A stretch of DNA of 40,129 nt from Patescibacteria group bacterium. Lineage in GTDB: Bacteria > Patescibacteriota > Patescibacteriia > Magasanikbacterales > GWA2-37-8. Shown here piece by piece: positions 25,646 through 33,799 of this stretch. The notes below the pieces were generated by a model that saw only the letters and a program-made list of their open reading frames with translations, did not search any database and was not told where the DNA came from. Made by a program: the position numbers and the translations under genes. The stretch covers positions 1-40,129 of the forward strand of contig SCQK01000006.1 of assembly GCA_004321885.1 (NCBI GenBank). Reading direction: 5' to 3'. Numbering within the stretch: the stretch's first letter is position 1; each line of letters opens with the position of its first letter.

Positions 25646-26281
25646 ATGATGAATCTTGTGAAGAAGACCTACCTGGTTTGCGAGTTCGCTCCTGCCTTCC
25701 TGGACATCGTGGATGACGGGGAGCGCGGCGGTTTGTATCTGCCGGGCATCATGGATGCGTTGAAGCAGCTCAGAGAGGTTGAGATCTCATCTCGTGATCT
25801 CTCTCAACTCAAAATCCCGGAAGGTGTTTACCGCTTTCGCTTCTTTGACTGCCTGGAGGCGATTGTGAAAGAAGCGGGGGAGAAAGTCGTTCTCCGTAGC
25901 AAGGAGATGAGCCATTCCCCGTGGCATTACTCGGAGGAACAGGGCCGCCTGTTCACGCCGGACATGCCTGACTTCCTCACCGAGGAGGAAGACAAACGGC
26001 TGGACGAAGCTGGTCTGACCTGGGAGAAAAACCACGACGAGCTGGAGAAGTGGTGTCTCCGAGAGGCGGATCAGAAACTACTCACGCGCCTTCGACAGGT
26101 AAGGTGTATCGTGAAGCGCGCGTTCGTTCTCTTCCGTCTTCCGGACACTACGTCCTATGACCAGGACACGGTTTCCTTGGAGGACAGCGACATCTTCCTC
26201 CCCCGTGGGGAGATCGAGATCGACAACATCGTCGACCGTTGGGAGAACCCCAACGCCAGACATTTCTGCGTTCCTTGCTAG
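25646..26281 (+). CDS. hypothetical protein (GC-rich island gene)
   Basis: 211 aa; SD AAAGGAGA 7 nt upstream; acidic, no recognised motif; GC-rich relative to flanks; followed by a weak hairpin + T-run (26361-26386). Confidence 0.5.
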   Translation: MMNLVKKTYLVCEFAPAFLDIVDDGERGGLYLPGIMDALKQLREVEISSRDLSQLKIPEGVYRFRFFDCLEAIVKEAGEKVVLRSKEMSHSPWHYSEEQGRLFTPDMPDFLTEEEDKRLDEAGLTWEKNHDELEKWCLREADQKLLTRLRQVRCIVKRAFVLFRLPDTTSYDQDTVSLEDSDIFLPRGEIEIDNIVDRWENPNARHFCVPC

Positions 26282-26395
26282 CATCCCAATCTCCGCGTTA
26301 AGTCGCGGAAGGAGGTGCCTCGCCGGAATCTGTGCAAGTAGTTTCCGGCCAATCAAAAAGCAGATTTCAACGAAGTCTGTTTTTTGTTTAACCTC

Positions 26396-26424
26396 TTGAA
26401 AAACGGCTCTTTTCGTGCTATAAT
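26396..26424 (+). promoter_or_regulatory. consensus sigma70 promoter (TTGAAA-17-TATAAT) of the two-gene AbiEii-like module
   Basis: -35 at 26396-26401, spacer 17, -10 at 26419-26424; first ATG at 26443. Confidence 0.6.
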
Positions 26425-26442
26425 ATCAATAGAAGATATTGT

Positions 26443-26667
26443 ATGAATGTAGCTCTCAATATCAAAAATTTATTATGGGATGTTGACGCAAAAAAAGTGG
26501 ATGCAAGCAAACACAAAAGTTTTTTAATTTCGCGAATTTCTGAAAAAGGCGGTACGCGAGAAATAGCCTGGTTGCGCCGCCAATATTCGGATAAAGACAT
26601 CAAGAAAATCGTGGCGAAAAGCCGCAATGTTTCGGCAAAGACAAAAAATTTTTGGAAGCTGTTTTAA
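26443..26667 (+). CDS. small protein (74 aa) translationally coupled to the AbiEii-like nucleotidyltransferase; putative antitoxin/partner
   Basis: Lys-rich 74-aa ORF directly downstream of a consensus promoter; its stop TAA is immediately followed by the ATG of the next gene (TAATATG). Confidence 0.5.
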   Translation: MNVALNIKNLLWDVDAKKVDASKHKSFLISRISEKGGTREIAWLRRQYSDKDIKKIVAKSRNVSAKTKNFWKLF

Positions 26668-26668
26668 T

Positions 26669-27298
26669 ATGTTTTATCCAGAGGCGCTGACCGCGGAATC
26701 AATCGCTTTAATAAAAAAAATTAATGCGAGCAAATGGCTGTCTGATTTTTATTTGGCCGGCGGTACGGGTTTGGCTTTATGGTATGGCCATCGGCAATCG
26801 GTTGATTTGGATTTTTTTAGAAAAAGCGATATTGCCACCAAGCAATTGATAAAAAAATTGTCTTCGCTCGGCAGATTCAAATTATTGAATGAAGAAGAAA
26901 ACACGGTGGAGGGGATACTGGAAAAGGTGAAAGTTAGTTTCATGACTTATCCGTATGGTTTGTTGCGCAAGCGTCAGCCGTATGATGGCGTTATCTTTTT
27001 AGCAGAACCATTGGATATCGCCGTCATGAAAGTCGGAGCGATCGCCGACAGAAATACGAAGAAAGATTTTATTGACCTGTATGTTTTTTTACGGCGCGAG
27101 AACATGAGTTTAAAAAATTTGTTATCGCATCTGCGAAAAAAATTCAGCCGCGTGAATTACGATATTTTTCATTTATACAAATCCCTTGTCTATTTTGAGG
27201 ATGCCGACAAAGAACCTATGCCGAGGATGTTTATTGATTTAAAATGGGAAAAGGTCAGGCGATTTTTTAAAGACGAGGTTAGGAAGCTGGTGGCATGA
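26669..27298 (+). CDS. nucleotidyltransferase of the AbiEii/AbiGii (DUF1814-like) toxin family
   Basis: ORF 26627..27298, start re-chosen at 26669; LAGGTGLALWYGHRQSVDLDFF matches the GGTAL..HR.S.DLDF nucleotidyltransferase signature of AbiEii-type proteins. Confidence 0.6.
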   Translation: MFYPEALTAESIALIKKINASKWLSDFYLAGGTGLALWYGHRQSVDLDFFRKSDIATKQLIKKLSSLGRFKLLNEEENTVEGILEKVKVSFMTYPYGLLRKRQPYDGVIFLAEPLDIAVMKVGAIADRNTKKDFIDLYVFLRRENMSLKNLLSHLRKKFSRVNYDIFHLYKSLVYFEDADKEPMPRMFIDLKWEKVRRFFKDEVRKLVA

Positions 27299-27336
27299 GT
27301 ATCCGGCTTGGCATAAGCCCGGCCCGCTATCCGTTT

Positions 27337-27360
27337 TCCCCCGAAAGGGGGATTTTTTTA
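27337..27360 (+). terminator. rho-independent terminator
   Basis: TCCCCC-GAAA-GGGGGA followed by TTTTTTT. Confidence 0.75.
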
Positions 27361-27463
27361 AATTCTACGGTGTGGATAACTAATTTAGTATGAGTTTATA
27401 GGAGTTGACTTTTTGGCGAGGATAAGGCAAAATTCGCCTGCTTTGGGCACCCCCTTGCAAGTG

Positions 27464-27472
27464 TGGTATAAT
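27464..27472 (+). promoter_or_regulatory. extended -10 promoter (TGgTATAAT) upstream of nrdJ
   Basis: TGnTATAAT at 27464-27472, ~150-nt structured leader before the nrdJ ATG at 27626. Confidence 0.5.
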
Positions 27473-27496
27473 AGCATCCGCGTCAGTAAGAAAATA

Positions 27497-27538
27497 CCAC
27501 ATCTTGTGGTCTAACCGCGCTTAAAATACTATATATAG
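27497..27538 (+). promoter_or_regulatory. two NrdR-box-like palindromes (CCACATCTTGTGG and CTATATATAG) spaced ~31 bp centre to centre
   Basis: Box 1 at 27497-27509 and box 2 at 27529-27538 lie just downstream of the promoter; spacing and the CwAtATaTwG core resemble NrdR operators recalled from the literature. Confidence 0.4.
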
Positions 27539-27625
27539 CTTTTTGCCCTGCGGGCAAAAGATATAAACTTATTCCTTCGGAAGTTATCCGCCTAAGGCGG
27601 ACAACTTCGCTCACTCATTTCGTTT

Positions 27626-30600
27626 ATGGTAAATAACCTCGCCACCAAGACATTTGTTCTGGATACTGACTTCAAATACGCGCCGGAAACCGGTTTGCGT
27701 TTTAAGCGGCATTTTACCAAAGCAGGCGCTAATCCTTATGATTTGTTCACTTACGAGTTGCGCTCGTCCCTTATCCGCGAGCCCAGCGGCCAGATTGTGT
27801 TTGAAATGAAAGAGGTGGAAGTGCCTGTTACCTGGTCCCAGGTGGCCACCGACATTTTAGCGCAAAAATATTTTCGCAAGGCCGGAGTGCCGAAATATAA
27901 TCCGGACGGCTCGCCCATGCTTGGGGCCGACGGGCTACCGGTACTCGGCTGCGAAACCAGCATTAAGCAGGTGGCGCACCGAATGGCCGGCACCTGGCGG
28001 TATTGGGGAGAGAAGTACGGCTATTTTGCCTCGGCCGAGGACGCGCAGGTGTTTTACGACGAGCTGGCCTACATGCTCATCGCCCAGATGGCCGCGCCCA
28101 ACTCGCCCCAGTGGTTCAACACCGGTTTGTACTGGGCTTATGGCATCAATGGCCCGGCCCAGGGGCATTATTATACCGACCATAACACGGACATCACCCA
28201 GCTTTCGCCTGATGCCTATTCACGAAGTCAGGCGCACGCGTGTTTTATCCAAGGAGTCAAAGATGACTTGGTAAATGAAGGAGGAATTATGGATTTATGG
28301 CTGCGCGAAGCGCGGATATTTAAATATGGTTCGGGCACTGGCACAAATTTTTCGGCTTTGCGCGGCGCCGGCGAAACACTTTCCGGCGGCGGCACCTCCT
28401 CGGGCTTGATGAGCTGGCTTAAAATCGGGGACCGCGCGGCCGGGGCCATTAAATCCGGCGGCACCACGCGCCGCGCCGCCAAAATGGTAATCCTAAACAT
28501 TGACCATCCGGACATTGAAGAATTTATTGACTGGAAAGTGCGCGAGGAAAAAAAAGTGGCGGCTCTGATCGCCGCCGGCTATGATAATGCCTATGAGGGC
28601 GAGGCCTACCAGACCGTTTCCGGACAAAATTCAAACAACTCGGTGCGCGTGTCCCAGGAATTTTTGGAAGCCGTGGAAAGTGACAGTGACTGGAAATTAA
28701 CCTGGCGCACCGACCCCGACAAATTCAAAGCTGTTAAGGCAAAAAAATTGTGGGATAAAATCGCTTCGGCGGCCTGGTCCTGCGCCGACCCGGGCGTGCA
28801 ATTTGACACCAATATCAACGACTGGCACACCTGCCCAAAATCGGGCCGTATCAATGCCAGCAATCCTTGCGCGGAATTTATGTACCTGGACTCAAGCGCT
28901 TGTAATCTCGCTTCCATCAACCTGGCGCATTTTTATGACGCGGATAATTTGACCTTTGATGCAGACGGATTTAAGTACACTTCGCGCTTGTGGACTGTGG
29001 TTTTGGAAATCAGTATTTTGATGGCTCAATTTCCAAGCTATGAGATTGCCAGAACCACTCAAGACACCCGCAGTCTGGGTTTGGGCTATGCCAATATCGG
29101 CAGTGTGCTGATGACCGCGGGCCTGCCCTATGATTCGCCCGAGGCCATGGCTTTCGCCGGCGCTGTTACCGCCCTCATGACCGCCGAGTCGTTCGCCGCC
29201 TCGGCCGAGCTGGCCAAAAATTTGGGGGCGTTCAAGTATTTTGCCGCTAATCGCGATGACATGTTGCGTGTGGCGCGCAATCACCGGCGCGCGGCTTACA
29301 GCGCCCCGGCGGAAGAGTACGAAGGCATCGCCATTAAGCCCGCCGGCATAAATGAACAGTACGCGCCGGCTTATCTGCTGGCCGAGGCGCGCGCGGCCTG
29401 GGACAGGGCCCTGGAGCTGGGGGAAAAATACGGCTTTCGCAACGCCCAGCTCACCCTGCTCGCGCCTACCGGCACCATCGGCCTGGTAATGGACTGCGCC
29501 ACCACCGGCGTGGAGCCGGATTTCGCTTTGGTGAAATTTAAAAAATTGGCCGGCGGTGGATATTTTAAGATTGTCAACGAATCCGTGCCCGTGGCTTTGC
29601 GCGTGCTGGGCTACAGCGACTTGCAGATAAATGATGTAGTGAATTATTTGCGCGGACACTCCACTTTGCGTCAGGCCCCGCATATCAATCATCAAACTTT
29701 GCTGGAGAAAGGCTTTACGGCCGATGAGCTGGACAAATTGGAAAAAGCCCTGCCCATGAGTTTTGAATTGCAGTTTGCCCTAAATGTTTGGACACTGGGT
29801 GAGGACTGCCTGAAACGGCTGGGCTTTACCAGCGAGCAGTATAATGACAATAATTTTAATTTGCTGGCGGCGCTGGGATTTTCCGCCGATGATATAGCGG
29901 CGGCCAATGAATATGTTTGCGGGGCCATGACCATAGAAGGCGCGCCGCATTTGCGCAAAGAGCATTACGCGGTGTTTGACACGGCCAACAAGAACGGCAA
30001 AAAAGGCCAGCGCTACATTCATTACCTCGGCCACATCCGCATGATGGCCGCGGTCCAGCCGTTTCTTTCCGGCGCCATTTCTAAAACCATAAACATGCCG
30101 AACGAGGCGACGATAGACGACGTCAAAACCGCTTACGTGGCCTCATGGAAACTTGGGCTCAAGGCCGTTGCTTTGTATCGTGATGGGTGCAAGCTGTCGC
30201 AACCCTTGTCCGCGAAATCAAATAAGAAAAAAGAGGACAAGGCTGAGGAGCCGGTCAATGCCGCGCCCGCCCAGTATGTTTTGACCGATAAAAGCGACCA
30301 CGTGATTCGTCAGATGATTTCTGAAACCCAGGCCATGACCAAGTACGCGCACGACGGCTCCAGCCAGGGCACGAAAATTTACATTCACGGCGAACAGCGC
30401 AAGATGCCGTACAAGAGAAGCGGGCTGACGATTAAAGCCAAGGTCGCGGGCCAAAAAATATTCTTGCGCACCGGCGAGTATCCGGACGGCAAACTGGGCG
30501 AGATATTTATTGATATGTATAAAGAGGGCGCGGCTTTTCGTAGTTTGCTCAATTGTCTGGCCATCTCCATTTCCACGGGCCTGCAATACGGCATACCATT

Positions 30601-31069
30601 GGAAGAATACGTGGAAAAATTTACTTTTACGCGCTTTGAGCCCAGCGGCATGACCGACCACCCGAACGTGCGCTCGTGCACCTCCATCATTGATTTTGTC
30701 TTCCGCGTGCTGGGCATGGAATATCTGGGGCGGATGGATTTTGTGCAGGTGAAACCGGTCGGCATCCAAAAAAACCGGGCCGAGCAGATGGCGAAATTGG
30801 CGGCCGAGAAAGCCGGGCAGAGATTGCTGGAGTTAAACGGGGCGGAGACGGAAATTGAAGAAGTGGAAGAAATAGTTCAGCCGAGTTTGCCCAATATGCC
30901 GCGGACAGACGCGGCGGGAAAAGGCGAGGTGACTTCCGACGCAATGAACCAGCAACTCGCGGGCATGATGGGCGACGCGCCGCCGTGCGCTACTTGCGGG
31001 CATGTCACTATACGAAACGGCAGTTGCTATAAGTGTTTGAATTGCGGGAGTACGACCGGGTGTTCTTGA
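27626..31069 (+). CDS. nrdJ: adenosylcobalamin-dependent ribonucleotide reductase (class II)
   Basis: 1147 aa; N-terminal ATP-cone-like region, RNR active-site Cys/Asn/Glu blocks (NPCAEFMYLDSSACNLASINL), C-terminal Zn-ribbon CATCGHVTIRNGSCYKCLNCGSTTGC typical of class II RNR. Confidence 0.9.
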   Translation: MVNNLATKTFVLDTDFKYAPETGLRFKRHFTKAGANPYDLFTYELRSSLIREPSGQIVFEMKEVEVPVTWSQVATDILAQKYFRKAGVPKYNPDGSPMLGADGLPVLGCETSIKQVAHRMAGTWRYWGEKYGYFASAEDAQVFYDELAYMLIAQMAAPNSPQWFNTGLYWAYGINGPAQGHYYTDHNTDITQLSPDAYSRSQAHACFIQGVKDDLVNEGGIMDLWLREARIFKYGSGTGTNFSALRGAGETLSGGGTSSGLMSWLKIGDRAAGAIKSGGTTRRAAKMVILNIDHPDIEEFIDWKVREEKKVAALIAAGYDNAYEGEAYQTVSGQNSNNSVRVSQEFLEAVESDSDWKLTWRTDPDKFKAVKAKKLWDKIASAAWSCADPGVQFDTNINDWHTCPKSGRINASNPCAEFMYLDSSACNLASINLAHFYDADNLTFDADGFKYTSRLWTVVLEISILMAQFPSYEIARTTQDTRSLGLGYANIGSVLMTAGLPYDSPEAMAFAGAVTALMTAESFAASAELAKNLGAFKYFAANRDDMLRVARNHRRAAYSAPAEEYEGIAIKPAGINEQYAPAYLLAEARAAWDRALELGEKYGFRNAQLTLLAPTGTIGLVMDCATTGVEPDFALVKFKKLAGGGYFKIVNESVPVALRVLGYSDLQINDVVNYLRGHSTLRQAPHINHQTLLEKGFTADELDKLEKALPMSFELQFALNVWTLGEDCLKRLGFTSEQYNDNNFNLLAALGFSADDIAAANEYVCGAMTIEGAPHLRKEHYAVFDTANKNGKKGQRYIHYLGHIRMMAAVQPFLSGAISKTINMPNEATIDDVKTAYVASWKLGLKAVALYRDGCKLSQPLSAKSNKKKEDKAEEPVNAAPAQYVLTDKSDHVIRQMISETQAMTKYAHDGSSQGTKIYIHGEQRKMPYKRSGLTIKAKVAGQKIFLRTGEYPDGKLGEIFIDMYKEGAAFRSLLNCLAISISTGLQYGIPLEEYVEKFTFTRFEPSGMTDHPNVRSCTSIIDFVFRVLGMEYLGRMDFVQVKPVGIQKNRAEQMAKLAAEKAGQRLLELNGAETEIEEVEEIVQPSLPNMPRTDAAGKGEVTSDAMNQQLAGMMGDAPPCATCGHVTIRNGSCYKCLNCGSTTGCS

Positions 31070-31082
31070 TGCAAGTTACATT

Positions 31083-31661
31083 ATGAAAATCTATACCAAA
31101 ACCGGCGACACCGGTGAGACGTCGTTGTTAGGGGGAAAGAGGGTGAGTAAGAGCTGTGTGGAAATGAAAGTAGTTGGGGAAATTGATGAACTTAACGCGG
31201 CTTTGGGATTGGCTGTGTCACACTGTCATTCTGACCACGACGTAACGTCGGGGGAAGAATCCCTTGTTTTAATCATCAAAGACATTCAGCGCGATTTATT
31301 TAAATTAGGTGCGGAAATCGCTTCAGCTCAAACTGTCATTGCGACCCGCCCGGAGGCGGGGAAGCAATCACGGACAATCAGCGGCGAAGAAACAAAAAAA
31401 TTGGAAACAAAAATAGACCAACTCTGGCCCCAAATGCCCGAGTTGAAAAATTTTATCCTGCCCGGCGGGTGCGAGACGGCCGCGCGTCTGCACCTGGCCC
31501 GCGCGATTTGCCGCCGCGCCGAACGCGAACTGGTGGCCTTTGGCCAAAAGAAAAAAATCAGGACGGCATTGTATAGATACTTCAATCGCCTAAGCGATTT
31601 TCTCTTTACCGCGGCCCGCTGGGCCAATCATCAGAATGGAATCACAGAAGAGCCACGCTAA
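31083..31661 (+). CDS. PduO-type ATP:cob(I)alamin adenosyltransferase
   Basis: 192 aa; N-terminal MKIYTKTGDTGETSLLGGKRVSK and the C-terminal helical bundle of the PduO/MMAB family; contains two in-frame insertions derived from palindromic element B (31223-31263 and 31333-31369). Confidence 0.8.
   Translation: MKIYTKTGDTGETSLLGGKRVSKSCVEMKVVGEIDELNAALGLAVSHCHSDHDVTSGEESLVLIIKDIQRDLFKLGAEIASAQTVIATRPEAGKQSRTISGEETKKLETKIDQLWPQMPELKNFILPGGCETAARLHLARAICRRAERELVAFGQKKKIRTALYRYFNRLSDFLFTAARWANHQNGITEEPR
31223..31263. repeat. palindromic element B, degenerate copy B2, in-frame in pduO
   Basis: CTGTCATTCTGACCACGACGTAACGTCGGGGGAAGAATCCC (compare GTCATTGCGAG ... GAAGCAATCCC with an inner CGACGTnACGTCG hairpin as in B5). 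Confidence 0.6.
31333..31369. repeat. palindromic element B, copy B3, in-frame in pduO
   Basis: CTGTCATTGCGACCCGCCCGGAGGCGGGGAAGCAATC, near-identical to the first arm of B4. Confidence 0.7.
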
Positions 31662-31690
31662 AATAGCAGACCCTTTTGTTTTGGTGAGTG

Positions 31691-31772
31691 TGGTCCGGGT
31701 GGGAATCGAACCCACATGCCTTGCGGCACGAGATTTTAAGTCTCGCGTGTATGCCAGTTCCACCACCGGACC
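31691..31772 (-). tRNA. tRNA-Leu (anticodon TAA)
   Basis: On the minus strand: acceptor GGTCCGG/CCGGACC, anticodon stem-loop CGAGA-CTTAAAA-TCTCG, long variable arm TGCCGCAAGGCATG (class II), T-loop GGTTCGATTCC. Confidence 0.8.
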
Positions 31773-31828
31773 GTTGCCGCAACAATATCACAAATTAAAG
31801 CGCGGATCAAGGACACCGCTGCGATTTT

Positions 31829-31837
31829 ATGATATAA
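31829..31837 (+). promoter_or_regulatory. extended -10 promoter (TGaTATAAT) for the pilin-like cluster
   Basis: TGnTATAAT ~60 nt upstream of the 31899 ATG; element A8 lies between the promoter and the start codon. Confidence 0.4.
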
Positions 31838-31850
31838 TGTTAGCGCATAT

Positions 31851-31884
31851 ACCCCTCCCTCGCCCTCCCCTTATAAAGGGGAGG
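31851..31884. repeat. palindromic element A, copy A8 (upstream of the pilin cluster)
   Basis: CCCCTCCCTCGCCCTCCCCTTATAAAGGGGAGGG. Confidence 0.8.
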
Positions 31885-31898
31885 GATAAACCCATTTC

Positions 31899-33704
31899 AT
31901 GCCAAGGAGAGATAGAAAAAAAATCGCGCGCGGATTTAGTTTGTTGGAAGTGGTGCTTTCCGTCGGCATTTTTGTTTTGTTCGCTTTTGGCATTTACGGC
32001 GGCATCAATTTGATATTCAAAATTGTTTACCAGTCGCGCATGCGCATTTTAGAAACCGCGATTTTGGCCGAGAAATTGGAAATCGCGCGCAACCTGCCCT
32101 TTGACAGCGTGGGCATAATAAACGGCTCGCCCGCGGGCCTGCTGCCCCACACCACGACCACCATCAGAAACGGGCAGGTCTTCACCCTAATTACCACGGT
32201 GAGAAACATAGACGACCCTTTTGACGGCCTGGCCGGCGGCTCGCCCAACGACACTTCGCCGGCTGATTACAAGTTAGTGGAAATTTCCGCCATTTGTCAG
32301 ACCTGTCTGCAAAAAATCCCGGTAATTTTAAGCACCACTGTGGCGCCGAAAAATTTGGAAGGCGCCACCAGCAACGGCTCGCTTTTTATTCAGGTGTTTG
32401 ACGCCCAGGGTTTGCCCGTGGTCGGCGCCAATGTGAGCGCCACCAATACCGCGCGCGCGCCAAACGTGGTGATACAAGACACCACCGACAATACCGGCTG
32501 GCTAAAAATTATAGACACCACCACCGGCACGCAAAGCTATTATATTTCCGTCACTAAAAACGGCTTTTCGCGCGATTATTCGGTTGACGCGGCTTCCATA
32601 GGGGCCACGCCCATCAAGCCTCCGTCCACAGTTGTTACTCAAACCGTCACCGAGGTTAGTTTTTCCATAGACCGCGTCGGCTCAATGAATTTACACACCA
32701 TCAATTCAGGCTGTTCGGCCATCGCCAATGCCGATTTTAATATCAGAAGCGAACGGCTCCTTGGCACTAATCCGGATGTTTACAAATACAATCAAAATTT
32801 AACCACGAACGGCTCGGGCAATTACGCCTTTGCCAGCATGGAATGGGGCAAATATCATTTCAGCGCCACCAATACGCCCTATGATATCGCCGGCTCCATT
32901 CCCATGCTGCCGGCGGATTTGGCGCCGGGCGCGGCCCAGGACGTCTCTTTGATTTTAACCTCGCAATCCCCCAATTCATTGCTGGTGAAAGTAAAAGACG
33001 CGGGTACTGGCCTGCCGCTTTCCGACACGTTGGTTCATCTTACCAAAAGCGGCTATGATGAAAGTAAAACAACCGGTTATGGATTTATGCGCCAAACCGA
33101 TTGGTCCGGCGGAAGCGGCCAGGTAACCAGCACAGACCCGGCGCGCTATTTTGCCGATGACACCAACGTGGACAACAATTCTCCGGCCGGGGATTTGAAA
33201 TTAAAAAAAGCCGGCCCTGATTATCTAAACAGCGGCTGGCTGGAGTCTTCCACTTTTGATCTGCAAACGCAAGTTGATTTTCATAGTTTAATTTTTCAGC
33301 CGGTCACCCAGCCGCCGCAGACCGGGACCGAACCCATAAAATTTCAGATGGCCGCCACCAATACCCCCAGTTCCAGCGGCTGGGTTTATCTGGGCCCGGA
33401 CGGCGCCACCAGCACTTATTATGTTTCCACCAGCAGTTTGGTGTGGAGCGGCTTGGATAACAATCGCTATCTGCGTTACAAAGTATTTTTGAGCACGGCT
33501 GACACAGGCTATACTCCATTGCTGTCCGAAGTCTCCATCACCTATACCAATAACTGCGTGCCGCCCGGGCAGGTGTTTTTTGGCGGGCTTGGCGCCGGCA
33601 GTTACACATTGGAAGTTTCGCGAAATGGCTATATCACCAACAGCGGGCTGGTGGATGTGGCCGGCGCCACCGACGCGGTGGTAAATTTGTCTCCGAATAT
33701 ATGA
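31899..33704 (+). CDS. large type IV pilin-like protein (prepilin-type N-terminal cleavage/methylation domain)
   Basis: 601 aa; class III signal KKIARG|FSLLEVVLSVGIFVLFAF with Gly-1 and Glu+5, then a Thr/Ser/Asn/Gly-rich beta-type region of ~550 aa. Confidence 0.75.
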   Translation: MPRRDRKKIARGFSLLEVVLSVGIFVLFAFGIYGGINLIFKIVYQSRMRILETAILAEKLEIARNLPFDSVGIINGSPAGLLPHTTTTIRNGQVFTLITTVRNIDDPFDGLAGGSPNDTSPADYKLVEISAICQTCLQKIPVILSTTVAPKNLEGATSNGSLFIQVFDAQGLPVVGANVSATNTARAPNVVIQDTTDNTGWLKIIDTTTGTQSYYISVTKNGFSRDYSVDAASIGATPIKPPSTVVTQTVTEVSFSIDRVGSMNLHTINSGCSAIANADFNIRSERLLGTNPDVYKYNQNLTTNGSGNYAFASMEWGKYHFSATNTPYDIAGSIPMLPADLAPGAAQDVSLILTSQSPNSLLVKVKDAGTGLPLSDTLVHLTKSGYDESKTTGYGFMRQTDWSGGSGQVTSTDPARYFADDTNVDNNSPAGDLKLKKAGPDYLNSGWLESSTFDLQTQVDFHSLIFQPVTQPPQTGTEPIKFQMAATNTPSSSGWVYLGPDGATSTYYVSTSSLVWSGLDNNRYLRYKVFLSTADTGYTPLLSEVSITYTNNCVPPGQVFFGGLGAGSYTLEVSRNGYITNSGLVDVAGATDAVVNLSPNI

Positions 33705-33713
33705 GTATTATCC

Positions 33714-33799
33714 CTGTCATTGCGAGGACCCGCCCAGGGCGGGGACGAAGCAATCTCTTGCAATTACGCATGGGATTGCTTCGCTTCGCTCGCAATGAC
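33714..33799. repeat. palindromic element B, complete copy B4 (both arms)
   Basis: GTCATTGCGAG-GACCCGCCCAGGGCGGGGAC-GAAGCAATC ... GGATTGCTTCGCTTCGCTCGCAATGAC; the arms are reverse complements; lies between pilin genes 1 and 2. Confidence 0.8.

Noticed and set aside
27470-27625. Cobalamin riboswitch upstream of nrdJ
   Set aside because: The leader is long and structured, but I could not find the B12-box-like GCCACTG core or the characteristic multi-stem architecture. The palindromes fit NrdR-type DNA operators better.
28892-29695. 267-aa minus-strand ORF (plus others at 30218-30769) inside nrdJ
   Set aside because: Antisense to a high-confidence RNR gene, with Gly/Arg/Ala-rich junk composition.
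27626-31069. Intein inside the 1147-aa NrdJ
   Set aside because: There is no intein block A (Cys/Ser + hydrophobic start), block B (TxxH), or terminal HN + Cys/Ser/Thr motif. The extra length is likely N-terminal ATP-cone and linker regions.
33701-33799. N-terminal 33 codons of ORF 33701..34390 (MSIIPVIARTRPGRGRSNLLQLRMGLLRFARND)
   Set aside because: This stretch is exactly the palindromic element B4 read in-frame. The genuine prepilin signal begins at the ATG at 33800.
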